Shown piece after piece: positions 26,301-38,585 of a DNA stretch of 64,000 bases. This stretch comes from the human T2T-CHM13v2.0 reference genome, Homo sapiens. The stretch lies in assembly GCF_009914755.1 (NCBI RefSeq), contig NC_060927.1; one strand, written 5' to 3'. The position numbers and the translations under genes are program-made. Numbering within the stretch: the stretch's first letter is position 1; the number at the start of each line of letters is the position of its first letter. The notes beneath the pieces are model-generated. The model was not told where the DNA came from. It did no database searches and saw nothing but the letters and a program-made list of their open reading frames with translations.

Positions 26301-27942
26301 CAATGGACTGAGCTTTGCTCTCGGGGTTTATGATCCTGGAAGAACCACTTGATTGACTCATGATTCTCCAATTGATCACTTCATATCAGCAATCTTTGCT
26401 TCTATGACTCATCACCACTCAGAACCTCTCACAAAGAAGCTGTTGTGTCTTGAGAACTTTGGTGATATTAATTATTTTTTAAAGAGTATATTAAAACTTA
26501 GATAGCCCCTGTTGACATTCCACAAGGAGAAAAATGCCCTAAATACCAATAGCTGCCTGTGATATCCTGTGATAGAAAAGTAATAAAACAAAGTAAAAAT
26601 TAGGAGGCATGCTAGACTGTGCTTCTATTTCCTTGCTGAACTAAGTCGCAGCTTTGTTAAGAATTATATAGCAGTTGGCATGTCCAGTTGATATTTACTT
26701 GCAAAATCATCATTGGCTCTTATACAGCTCATTCTTGACTCTGATACGCCAACGTTCCAATCTACATAAAGGTCTTTGGGGTAGTATGACATGCAGTGAT
26801 TCTGAGTATGCTTTAGAAGTCTTTAGGCAGTATAGACCTGACTTCAATCTAGCTAGAAAGGTGGAAGACAAAACTCTTTTTCAGCTGAGGCTCTTTCTCA
26901 GAACAGAGGCCTTTCCTCCTCTTCCTACACACAAAAAAATACTCAGCCTGGGTAGGAGGAGCTGGCTCTAGCCCAATAGAGCAGATTATTTACCAGTTTC
27001 AATTATCTGCACTAATGCTCCCCTTCATTGGTGAGGGTAATTGAGAGTTGAATGTATTTACAAGGACAGGGCTATAAAGCTGAAACAATTTTACAAGGTG
27101 TGGTGCAGAAATGAAAAGGTAGAAAAAGAGCTGGTCTAGACAATGCTTTTTGAAAACATATTTCACATAACTCTAGCAAGATTGCTAGGTCCTGAGGGGA
27201 GGATGGGTATTTCAGAAGAGCTATTAGAAGTGCTATTAGGTTTTAGGAGATTTTTGTGGAGTTATTGGACATTTCATATTTTAAGTTAGGATGAGGGTAT
27301 TATCTCTGAATCCAATTCCTTTCTCTCCTTTTATTTCCAAACCCACTCTGGTCTTCATCCTGCTGTGGTGTGCTTGTTCCCAGGAGCAATCTAGCATCCC
27401 AGTGGAAAGTGGCCGACCTAAATGTGGCTCTCCAAAGACAAAAAATTTATTCTGGGTATTGTATGATGACCCAGATACAGTAAGATATAAAATAGAATAT
27501 ATTACTGTGGGTCTGATAATGTCGATTTCAAGTTTCCTAACCTAGTATCTACTTATAGTATTATTATTTTTAGGTCCGGCTTCTCCCTTTACAAGGAGTA
27601 ATGACTATGTGTGGCCAACATATTTGGCTTTATTACTTTAACTCTCAATATTCTGATTTCTCTTTAGATCATATAAATCTTTTGCCTTTCTCATTAACTC
27701 TCAAAATGAGAAGCCAAAAAGTTTTGTTGCTGTTATAGTTTGATTTTTTAAAGTATACAAATGACATCTGCTTTCAAAAATATTGAAACCACTGGGTTTA
27801 TAACTTCTTGAAATACCAGTTAGTTTGGTGATAAAAGTTAAACGAGACAAGCATGAACTTATCGAAATTACAACTCCTTATTTGCAGCAGGATAGTTTTT
27901 GATGATAATGTCCACTGATAACAATGATGAAATAAACTACAT

Positions 27943-28313
27943 GCATTTCCCCTCAAGGCCTCTGCACATGCTCTGGGGCCTCTCCTCTGTGTGTGGCTGG
28001 CTCCTCTCATGCTCTGGATCTCACCTTGAAGTCACCTCTTCAGGGAAGCCTTCTTTGACTCTCCTGCCTAAATGACATTATTCTCTACCTCAGCACTCAG
28101 CCTGTCCTTTATAGTACTTGCCACTGTTTCTAGTTGTTTTATTTATTTGCTGGTTTAAAATGAGTCGATCTCATGACTACACTGTAAATTACCTAAATTG
28201 AGGAGATCATGTTTCTCACGTTCACTTTTTCATCCTAGTGCTAGCAATGACCTGACATGCCACATAGTAGATGTACAACTAACATCTACTTAAGTGAATG
28301 CACCAATGAATGA
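27943..28313 (+). mobile_element. L2 LINE 3' fragment
   Basis: CCTCAAGGCCTCTGCACATGCT...GTCACCTCTTCAGGGAAGCCTTCTTTGAC...CACATAGTAGATGT...AATGAATGA. Confidence 0.8.
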
Positions 28314-28469
28314 TGCCTGGGTTATCAATGTGATGTACACCTCTTCATTCACTATTACCTGCTCTGAATCCCATAAGTAATTAGAGGTTACTAGGTTTTT
28401 ATCAGAGAAAAGAGAAAACTCTTAACTTTCATAAACACTTGAAATATTTCTTTTCCTTTGGTACTACTG

Positions 28470-28712
28470 CTGATAATACCTATGACTGCTGAGTGGTTGG
28501 TGTTTTCCAGGCAACTTGCTTTATGAGCATTCCTCTATTTAATATTCGCAACAAACCTATAACGGGTACTTTTATTATCCCACTTTACAGGTAAAGACAC
28601 AGAGAGTTGGCGAGGTTAATGAATTTGCCCATATAGGCTATTAATCAAGGACAGACTGTAATTTAAACTCAAGCCTATCTGGTGCCAAAGCTCACTGTCT
28701 TACCCATTGCTA
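28470..28712 (-). mobile_element. MIR SINE
   Basis: TTATTATCCCACTTTACAGGTAAAGACACAGAG...GGTTAATGAATTTGCCCA...TCTGGTGCCAAAGCTCA. Confidence 0.75.
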
Positions 28713-31700
28713 TCTATGGTAAATTAAAAATTTAGTGTTGTAACTATCTAATTATATGTATCATACATATTTACTACTAGATATAAAGTATTATCAGAAA
28801 AAAAGGGCTTATTCCTTCTCATTTTTTATCTTCCCATTCCTCCCCACATTTTTATTAATCTATTAACATATGTATTTAATTCTTATAGAACCTAGTATAG
28901 TAATCTGCTATGTGAATGCTCATCAATAAATGGTTCTTTGAGTGAGACCTCCAAAGCAGCATATGACATGGTACATGTTAACCTTTAGGTGAGGAAAAAA
29001 GCCAAATTCCCTAATTTATCTTGCTGCTAACGGCAAGGTTGAACACCACCACAGAGTATGTATATAAAGAGGTGCAGTTAGCTGACGCCCTCCTCTGTTC
29101 CCAAAAATGTTTAGGTAAGTTTTTATCCGGGAATAGTAAAAGCTCCAAAAATAAGAAAAATCATCCTGGAAACTATATTTATTATTTATTTATTTTAAAA
29201 TTAAGTAAAATTAATTAAATGTGAACCCATTCACGGACCCTAAGGAAAACAAGATAACATTTTTGGGGGGCATTAGGTTTTCACTGGGAATTCTTCTCAA
29301 GGGCCCTGTAGCTCTAAACAGTATCGTTAATAACTCCATTGGATCTCATGGCACACTCCCTCACAATTTCATCTGCCAAATACATAAAATTTTTGACAAG
29401 TTAAAGTATATTTCCTCACCTAGAATATAGAAATTGAAATATTTGCTGACCATCAAGCTCTCAGAAATTTAACAAGAGTCCTCATGTCCTGGATTTCTTT
29501 GTAGTATGTCTCATGCACAGCACGCAATAAGGCTCTGTACACAATCAGGCAGAGGAAATGTTTGCTGAATGGAATTTCTGTAAGGAGGGATTCATGTCAT
29601 AGCAGGATTTCCACTGCAAGCCTATTTTAAGACAGAAAATATTTATCCTGTCTAATCAACCAAAAGATCAGGGTCTGAATGTTTTTTAAATCTACACCTA
29701 TTTCTACTAGGAGGCACCATAGAGCATTTGTCAAATCTTCTTTTACTTTGCTTGGGTTTATTAACACAAGCAAAATAAAAGAAGATTTGACAAATGCTAT
29801 ATGGTGAAATCTAACCAAATAGTCCAACAGAATAATGGGGCCTGAAAATTCTCTTTTGCACAATAGTCTAATTTTTGCCCAAATTACCGATTTTTGCTCT
29901 GAATAGTACACATTAAATGACTAGAAGAAACAGTTTGAAGACATATAACTGTCCTACTGTTCAAATTAACTGCTGATACAGTCATTGCAATAATTGCTCC
30001 CATTCTGAAAGTGTCTCTGCAAACATTCTTACCACAAAAAAGACATTTTAAGAAAAAAATACACTAAAATATTCTCAATACAAATATGTATGTGTGTACA
30101 TTCTTAAATATTACAGAATGGTACTGCATTCTTACCCAAATGATACTATTACTTATCTAAGGAACAGGGTGATATAATACATAAGGTTAATTGTGAAATA
30201 ATTATGATTCATACAGTGATCTGGACAGTTCAAAACAATGGCTTAATATTTTCCTGTGAAGTAACTTTTAAATAATGAAGTTATTAATATTTACTTGATT
30301 TCTGGCCTGCATTTGCCAAAAAAAAATCCAAACTTAATTTTTAAGAGGAGATGTTGCAATAAACTGAAAGATAAAATCTTTTCAAAGGGAGAAGTGATCG
30401 TGTTTCATAGTTTTTCAATAGTATAAGTTAACAAACTAACTAAAACTTAAGCTTATAAACAGGATGGCAGTGAGCTACCAAATATAAAAATGTAGTTATC
30501 CTGCACTGAAAGGGTTATTTCTTATATTACTTAATTGTTTTGAGCTTACTGTTTCTTACCTAAAAGTTTTGTTTATTTATGTACTCAATACTGAATCAGA
30601 TCTCCTTCCACACTTCAGTGATCAGGCCATTTACAACTGAAATATTTTTATGCATATGGACTCGAAGAGGCAGTTACTGAAAACGCATACTTTCCTGGCA
30701 AGAAATAATGCAATAACTGTTGAAAATAATGCTGGCAACTAGTGTTTTCCTTTGCTGCTAAATGGCATGACCAGTGTCATAGGAGAAGATAAATAGTGTG
30801 TGCTCATTCACTTGACATTTTTAGCACCTGCTCTGATCTAAACTGGGTGCCCTATCTGGGGATTTCATTTTGCTAATGTCTGCATTAATCAACACAGTCT
30901 CACACACACAGGCACACAGGTACACCACAAAAAAAAGGAAGAGAGCTCTGGAAGTAGAGCTAAAATGAATTATTTGGGGACAAACATATTTCTAACTTCA
31001 GAAACTCTGTCTTTCTTTTGAAATGTCCAAAGCGAATGGTATATTGATTTTTGCAGCACACTCTGCACTTTTCACTGATTGGTATCAGGATTGTGAAGGC
31101 ATCCATTAAGTGAGCTCAAAATGCTCTCCTAGTATAAACAAAATCCACAGTTTTAATCAAATTTAATGTACTCTGACCTATATGTGTTTTGTGAAAGTCA
31201 GAGTGGACTATGGCAACAGAATTGAAAGCATATATTACAAAGTCCTTCACCTTTCAGATCTCCTGAAAGGAAGGATTGTCAGAGGTATTGTCTATGTATT
31301 CTTTTAAGTCACCTCTGAGGAGGCAGCAGGGGCATGGGGAATGAGATTTGCATTTCAGAGCTGGAGCCAACGTCAGGTTATGGAGATATGATGAATTAAA
31401 ATACATCTGCATCTGAAGGACAATGAGATCCTGTGGCCCAGGGCTTCATTTCTTAGTGTAAGAAGAGCAAGAGTTTCAGGTATTCACATCTCAAGGTCCC
31501 ATCTCAGAAGGTTCCCAGCAATGAGGTAAAATGCTGCCTGAATACTGATAAATTCTCCTTGTCCAAAAGTGACCAAGATCTTATTCCTAACACAAATATT
31601 GTTAATGGCACTCAAGCAGTATTGCTTGTTGTTTCTCAAATTCACGGAGTGCTAAGGCTCTGGCAGTTTTACTGAACACACTTTACTAGTAAACTTAATA

Positions 31701-31962
31701 CTGTTAGAGAATGTTTCAGTGTAATTACTTTTAGTTCATTTATGAAAAATAAATGTATTTTAGTACACAACCATTAACTTTCCCTAGAACTTTTACTGAT
31801 AATAATGTCTACTGCCATAGACAAGAAAAGGGTCAAATATTGTCAACAGGATTACATAGGGAGAATCAGTGAAAAGAATAGTAAGTATTCAGGTAAGAGG
31901 AAGGAATTTTGGAGTTAATTCAAGAATGATGGGGATATGGCACAGGATCAGGGGAAAGAAAC

Positions 31963-32261
31963 TTTTTGTTTTGTTTTTTGAGAGAGAGTCTCATTCTTGT
32001 TGCCTAGGCTGGAGTGCAGTGGCACGATCTTGGCTCACTGCACCTCCACCTCCTGTGTTCAAATGATTCTCCTGCCTCAGCCTCCCAAGTAACTGGGATT
32101 ACAGGCACCTACCACCATGTCTGGCTAATTTTTGTATTTTTAGGAGGGACGGGGTTTCACCATGTTGGCCAAGCTGATCTCGAACTCCTGACCTCAGGTG
32201 ATCTGCCCACTTCAGCCTCCCAAAGTGCTGGGATTACAGGCGTGAGCCACTGCTCCTGGCC
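31963..32261 (-). mobile_element. Alu, full length (AluSq/Sp-like)
   Basis: T-rich tail; TCTTGTTGCCTAGGCTGG diagnostic; ends CGTGAGCCACTGCTCCTGGCC. Confidence 0.95.
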
Positions 32262-34987
32262 TATATATTAACCTTTTATGTAACCCAAGGCAACACATGC
32301 AAACTCACATTATTCTCAGTTTTCTTATCTATTAAACTTGGATGATTATATATCTGTTCAACAGTTACCATGAGAAGTTTGTTAATAATTATTTTTATGA
32401 TGATGTTTCCTGTTATCTATACAAAATTTTAAGGTACTCAAAATATTTTCTCTTATTAGCACTATGCTAACCCTATGATCTAGTAAATACTGGGGAGAAT
32501 AGTGTTCCCAGAAGACACCCCTTTCCTCTAGAAACTGTTAGACAGTCATGCAGTACTTGTGAAGGAACAGAGTAGACAACCAGGTTTGGTATCCTAAAAT
32601 CACATTGGCTTACAGCTATTCATATGTCATGATAATCTCTTAGTTGGAGAAGGAAAATAAAATGAGAAACAGTTTCTTCTTCCTGTTTCAAGGGGAACAC
32701 AATAGTCTTATCTTTACATTCAGCTACCTTGGGTATAAGTATCAGCTTTTCGTATTTTGCCTTTACTTTTCCGCCCATGCAGATTAATGTTGAGATATTC
32801 TTAACCTAACACACACATGCACGCACACAAACACACCAACACGCATATTGCACTCATCCATACAAACGTTTGGGCTTATCAAGGTCAATTTAAGTTTTTT
32901 TAAAAATGTCATAATATTTATGTTATCTGTATTTTTATGTGTCTGTCTTTCTCCCCCTTTGGAATGTAAGCTTGACAAAGGCATTGGTGAGATCTGAATT
33001 TGTCCATTCCCTTTTATATAACTATTTCATTTCATGTATATTTTTATTCTCAATTAACATACTTGGCTTCTTATAGATATCTCTATGAATGTCCATCTGA
33101 CCCTTTCATTTTTAGATTCTTCAGAGCAGAGATTATACCTTTTTCAATTATTCAATCTGAAAACCAAGAACAGTATCTTATATATAATGTACACATAATA
33201 AACATGTCTATGATTGAATTCTATATATTGAATCACTACATAATAACTGATTCTTTGCACAGTGATTTGCATACACAATAAGGATATAATGATTATATTT
33301 ACCTGCCTAGACTTTACAGTACCAAACTTGAGGTATAGATGGCAGTGCTGGGCACACACTGGTTAAATGTGTTGATGAGAACCCTAGCTCAAGAAAGCCA
33401 TTGTTCCCTTTATCTTTCTGCCTGGTCAAACAACTTTTGCAAAATCTGGCCCTGAGCTCTCCCTGGCTTTCATTTAGAGGTAAAATCAAACACTTTGTTC
33501 AAGATTTTCTAGGATAATTTTCATTTTTAAGGTGAAGATATTGAGATACATTCGTTCTTTCAAGACAAAGTTATTGACAGACATTCCCAGTGAGACCAAG
33601 CCGACTAGCAGGGTTGTACCCATACAAATCCTCCTTCCTTTATCCTCCTCTCCTTAAGCCCACTTTCATCCACAGACCACAGATACAAGGACTAAGACGA
33701 GGGAAGGAAAGGGCTGATAAATCACAGAACAAATGGTATACAATGAATGGAAATAAAATGCTGATTTCCTAATGAGAAACATATGGTTATGACTACGTAA
33801 TAAACATCAGAAAATGCTCTTTCATGGCTCCCAATAGTCATAAAGTTTCTGGAATAAAGAGGAAGGAAAGATGCAATTTAATCCTATAACCTAAATGTCT
33901 GAGGATCTACCTTTCTCAATGGGGCTGTCTTGTTAATGAACTAGACCAGGTTTCTTTGTGTAGCTTTCACCTGATTCTACGTAAGGCTTTCTGCCAATTG
34001 CTAAACATAGGCCGCTGAAAGATGAATAAGGAGGGAATCATCAGCTGTTCCACCAGGTCAGAAGCATGATCTTTAACTAAAGGGCCAGATGGCTTTTATA
34101 AATTAAGCACAAAAATCTCTCATTTATGCCTTTTTAAAGTAAAGAGGTTAGGAGTTATGTCTTATACTTCTTTTTAATTTTTAACTCTGTCTATTATATC
34201 CCTTGCACCAATGATTGAGAGTTATTCAGTTATAATAAATTATATACTTATCTTTAGTTAGGCTATCAGACTCTGTTTATACAGTAGTGACAGGTGTTAA
34301 GGTCCAGAGAAAAAATTTAGGGTTCTGGAGCCTAGGGTTTGCCTACACATTGGGCTCCTTCTTCATTGGTTCACATATGCTCCTGTCTACGGCTTATTAT
34401 TTGGTATGACTCTAAAACTCATTCCTTGTACTCACATACCATGTTTACTTTACAGAAAAAAATGTTAGGACTTAATACACATGGGCCCTATGAAGATGAA
34501 AAAGCTGCTTTTAAATGTTTGTTGTTGTTTCTATGAAAACTACCACGCTGTTATGTTCTAGTTCACATATAAAGAGTTCATTCTGTTTAAATAAGTGGAA
34601 CAACTCACATTTATATTCCACACTCAGGACCCATATGCTTGGCCTTGTGCTGGTAACTAGGAATATAAGATAACAAGACAATTCCCTTGCTTTCAAGGAA
34701 ATCACACTTTATAAAACTTTGAATTCTTGAAATGGGTTTCAGAGGTTCCAAGGTCAAATTCAAGAATAAGAGTTTAAGAAGAAAAAGACTATGAGAAAGG
34801 AAGTGTTGACCCCATTTGCATTTAAATAGCAGGAATAGTCTCAATCTACTCATTGGGGAAAAATGTATGTTGCATATTTTTGAGATATTGCAACTTGCTC
34901 TCTCTCTTTGCCACCCCACCCTTTGTCATGCTCTGTTTTTGTGTTGAATTGGCAAGAAAAATGGCTGGAGGGCTGGAAGAAGTTGGA

Positions 34988-35028
34988 CCCTTCTTCCTTC
35001 TTCCTTCTTCCTTCTTTCTTCTTCTTCT

Positions 35029-35069
<41 letters not shown>

Positions 35070-35100
35070 CTCTTCCTCTTCCTCTTCTTCTTCTTTCTTC
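34988..35100. repeat. Pure polypyrimidine compound repeat: (CTTCTTC)3, (CTT)8, then (CYT)n
   Basis: 113 nt with no purine on the + strand; reads as GAA/GAG triplets on the - strand. Confidence 0.95.
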
Positions 35101-36519
35101 GGGGGCATTGGGAGCTTAGGAGGTTTGGGTGGTAAAGAAAGGGTTAAATCCTGGGGATGTGGGTAAAGGGTGCACTGGAGCTGCCTTGGGGAAAAATGTG
35201 GTCTCCCACTTTCCATGGACACTTTGTTCATAGAAAGGACAACTGCTAGGAATGAACAAAAATGAACAATTAGATTCATTGTACACCTTCTAGTACATTT
35301 GAGGCTCTGTGATCCCAGATGCTTACATCATTTAATCCTCATAATGACCATATGATAGATCCATTTTACAAATGGGGAAATTGAAGTTTATCCTGGAAAT
35401 TTGTTGAGATTAATCTCTATTTGATTACAAAATTTATCTTCTTCTTGCAGTTTTGGTGACTTGGAAATCACCTCATTATCTTGAAAAATAACCCAGATAT
35501 TTAACGTATTCTATAAATCCCTGGAAAATACAAAAGAGTTGCCCAATGTAGTGCATACTCTCTGGTATCATGAGATACTGACAGTTCAAACATGGTAAGC
35601 TAGCCTAATTAGGAAACTATCCTTAAATAGGTGACCAGGGTTTTCTTCTAAAGGAAGAACACCATGTCAACATTAAGGAGTTCAATATTTGCTGATGAAT
35701 GCAGTAATCCAAAGCAACAAAAAGTTCCTGTGGAAGAAAAATATACAGTTTGAATGGGTCTCAAAAATGTGAAAATGGAACACTGGGATATTTTTAAGGA
35801 AATTTTCTTTCAACATAGTGCACCCATGAGAGTGATTCATTGTCATCTGGAATCAAGGATGAACGCAAACTTGCCCTTTCACTGAATTAGTCTGACATAC
35901 ATCTACAAAGAGTTCAAGCCCTCCTCTGGGTTATGGTGGAGCAGCCACCCTCAGAGGAAATTCTCAAGGCTGTTTGTAATTGCAAAGGTCCTGCTGTGGG
36001 ACTGGAAGGATACCACTGAAGGCAAGCCTCAGCAGGGCTTTGGGAGGCATTCTTCTGTGGTATATACAAGCTGCTCTCCAGGGTCTATGAGAAACAAAGC
36101 CCAGGGATTGAAGCTCTAGGAGCTGAAAGGGAGTTCATTCTTTGTGCAGTTACCTTAGGTAAAAACAATAGTTCCTTCTCTTTTCCACTGTTCCCATGAA
36201 GCTGTTAAGCTAAATGTCCACAGAGGGATACAAGTTTGTATCCTACTCCGTGCTCTGTGTATTCATAAATGATTAGATGGCATCACCAATGTCCTTCCAG
36301 CTCATCAGCCTTTCCAAAATAGTCCTGAGGAGCATAGGAGAAGAAATAGAGACAAAAATTTGGATCCTCAGGTCTACAACCTGGCTGGGCCAGGATGTCT
36401 TTTCAGGGATCATTAGTTAGAATACACAGTTATACATTTGCATAATTCTGAGATGAGAAAGACTTTCCTCAGAATGACACCAAGGTCGAAAAATAAGATT
36501 AGAAAACAAGATTAGGAAA

Positions 36520-37500
36520 AATGGAAAAGAATAAAACATTTAAAACATAAATATGTAAGCTTTCATAATAGTAAAATATAAATAACAAATTGGGAAAAGC
36601 AGTCATATGAACAGACTTTATAAGAAAAATATGTACTGCTAAAGCAAATTAAAAGTAAAATATACAAATTGGAATAAGTTGACTATTTTTCTCATTAAAT
36701 CTTAATGATAAAAGCAAATGATTTTCCTTATGTTGATAAAGGTTTTGCCAGAACTGTAAATTGGTACAAGTTTCCTGAGGCAGATGTGGTAATACTTATC
36801 AAAAGTTTCAAAAATAGGTGTAACATTTGGGTGAAGTAATTTCTATTTCTAAAAAATTATAATAAAGAAGCAATTAAGAATGTTCACAAAGAATTAGTTG
36901 TGAGAATGTTCTTTGTACTGTTGTTTATAATGTAGTGGGGGCAGAAAGTGAACCTAAATGTCAAACAATAGGATTTGAGTAAATAAGTTTTGTTTTGTTC
37001 TAAGAGATGGAGTCTCACTGAAGTGCAATAGCATGATCATAGCTCACTGCAGCCTTGAACTCTTGAGCTCAAGTGATCCTCCCACCTGAGTCTCCCCAGT
37101 AGCTGGCATTACAGGTGCATGCCTGGTTAAATACATTTTTTTCAGGTCCCTGTAAAGTCTGGGATGATTAAATACATTTTATAGACATCTTTACAACAGC
37201 ATACTCTGGAGCTATTAAAAGACAGTGCTGTAGATGTATATCTATTCACATACAATTGTTATGTTAATTACATAATATTAAATGAAAAATCCCATTTGCA
37301 AAATTCTGTATATGGCAATTTAGTTTATGAATATGTACTAAACATGAAAAAATACACACCATAATTTTCACACTAGCTGTCTATGGCTCGTGGAATCAGA
37401 GCCATTATTTTTGGGAAGGGGAGTTCTCTTTTTATTCAAATGCATTTCCTAATATTTCTTTAACATGTATATATTACTTATTTTTTTTAAAATATTGAAA
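36520..37500 (+). mobile_element. Very old L1 (L1ME/L1MC-type) 3' fragment, interrupted by a degraded Alu
   Basis: TGTAAATTGGTACAAG...GTAATTTCTATTTCTAAAAAATTAT...AGAATGTTCTTTGTACTGTTGTTTATAAT...AACCTAAATGTCAAACAATAGG matches the L1M 3' region. Confidence 0.7.
36988..37168 (-). mobile_element. Degraded, internally deleted AluJ/FRAM
   Basis: GAGATGGAGTCTCACTG...CATGATCATAGCTCACTGCAGCCTTGAACTC...CTCAAGTGATCCTCCCACC (AluJ-type right arm); flanks TAAATAAGTTT and TAAATACATTT. Confidence 0.8.
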
Positions 37501-37707
37501 GTAAAATTCTTTAGGATTTAGTCTGGAAAGAAAATCCACAACAGTGAAATTTTTTTTTCCCCTGCTGGCCTTATAGAAGCATAAGTCTTTATGTGCTTCT
37601 GCAGAGGAAAAAAAAACAGAAGCAAAGTCTAACTTCTAGCAGCTCTAATTAGAATGAATAAAACCCTACAGTTGAAGCATAACCAGGTCACAGATTTGAC
37701 ATCTTAT

Positions 37708-37920
37708 AAAGAGCAGGCACTTTAGAGACATAATGTCCTGGGTCTAGCCTCTGTGCCTTGCTTATATGAAAACTTGAAAAAGTAACAGAAATTCTCTGAG
37801 GCTTATTTTCTACAAATGTGATAAGAAGATAATAACGCTTATGGCACAGGGCAGTGAGAATTAAATGGTAATGTGTTAGGAAACATCTGTTATGTAGTAG
37901 GTGCTCAAAACAGTTTTAGC
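37708..37920 (+). mobile_element. MIR SINE
   Basis: AGAGCAGGCACTTTAGAG...CTGGGTCTAG...TCTCTGAGGCTTATTTTCT...TAGTAGGTGCTCAA. Confidence 0.7.
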
Positions 37921-38377
37921 TTCCTTCCCTTTTTCCCTTGCAGTCTTGTTTAAGGTATCAAAATTAGAGCAGAACATTGCCACTGCCATGTGGGCGGGGG
38001 GAGACTGATTCCTCGTGGACTGAGGGAGGTTCTACTAAGGAGTGGGGTGAGTGCTGTGAGGCCCAGGACAAAGATCTGTCTCGCTGCAACCCTCCCCTCC
38101 CCCAGCACACCAATTCCTGTATCAGCATTTGCTAGGTTGCTCTAATTTTCCTTTTTATATGTTCTTTTCTGTCTGATGTCCTTGAATGTTGGGAGACAGA
38201 AATTGCCCTGGGACTTCTATGTAATGAAAAGAGAGTAACAGTGAGGATGCTGATGCTGGCTGGAGCTTGGGATGGCCATAGGCTAAGAATCCTAGAAGAG
38301 CCTAGACAAAGAATCCTTGGAAATTTCGTATAATATGCAAGGTTCAGGGAAGCACCAGTAAATATTAACTTCCAATC

Positions 38378-38585
38378 CTCTCTCTCTCTTTCTCTCTCAG
38401 CTTGTTTTCCTCTTCTTTTTCTTTATATTTTCTTCCCCCTCCCCTTTTTCTCCTTTCCCTTCTCCTTCTTCCTCTTCTCCTTCTCCTTCTTCTCCTTCTT
38501 CATCCTCTTTTCCTCTTCCTTCTCTCTTTCCCTCTTCTCTCCCTTCTCCTCTCCTCCTCCTCATGCTCCTTCATATTCTTCTTCA
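38378..38585. repeat. ~200-bp CT-rich low-complexity tract
   Basis: Near-pure pyrimidine run of degenerate CTT/CCT units. Confidence 0.9.

Noticed and set aside
25957-26379. 140-aa and 116-aa hydrophobic ORFs on the - strand
   Set aside because: They arise from a purine-rich + strand tract whose complement is poor in stops and rich in F/L/S codons; no recognisable domain.
31170-31290. H/ACA snoRNA or pre-miRNA call
   Set aside because: An ANANNA-like hinge (ACAGAA) exists, but the hairpins are too short and there is no ACA box after the second stem; kept only as a structural curiosity.
34926-35279. 117-aa ORF with a long poly-Glu run (possible acidic-protein pseudogene)
   Set aside because: The poly-E is simply the GAA/GAG microsatellite. 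There are no Asp codons, no flanking homology to HMGB/PTMA/NPM-type proteins, and no poly(A) or TSD.
37127-37180. Apparent micro-insertion flanked by TTAAATACATTTT repeats
   Set aside because: The middle part (AAAGTCTGGGATGA) resembles the Alu left arm, so a deleted AluJ explains it better than a new element.
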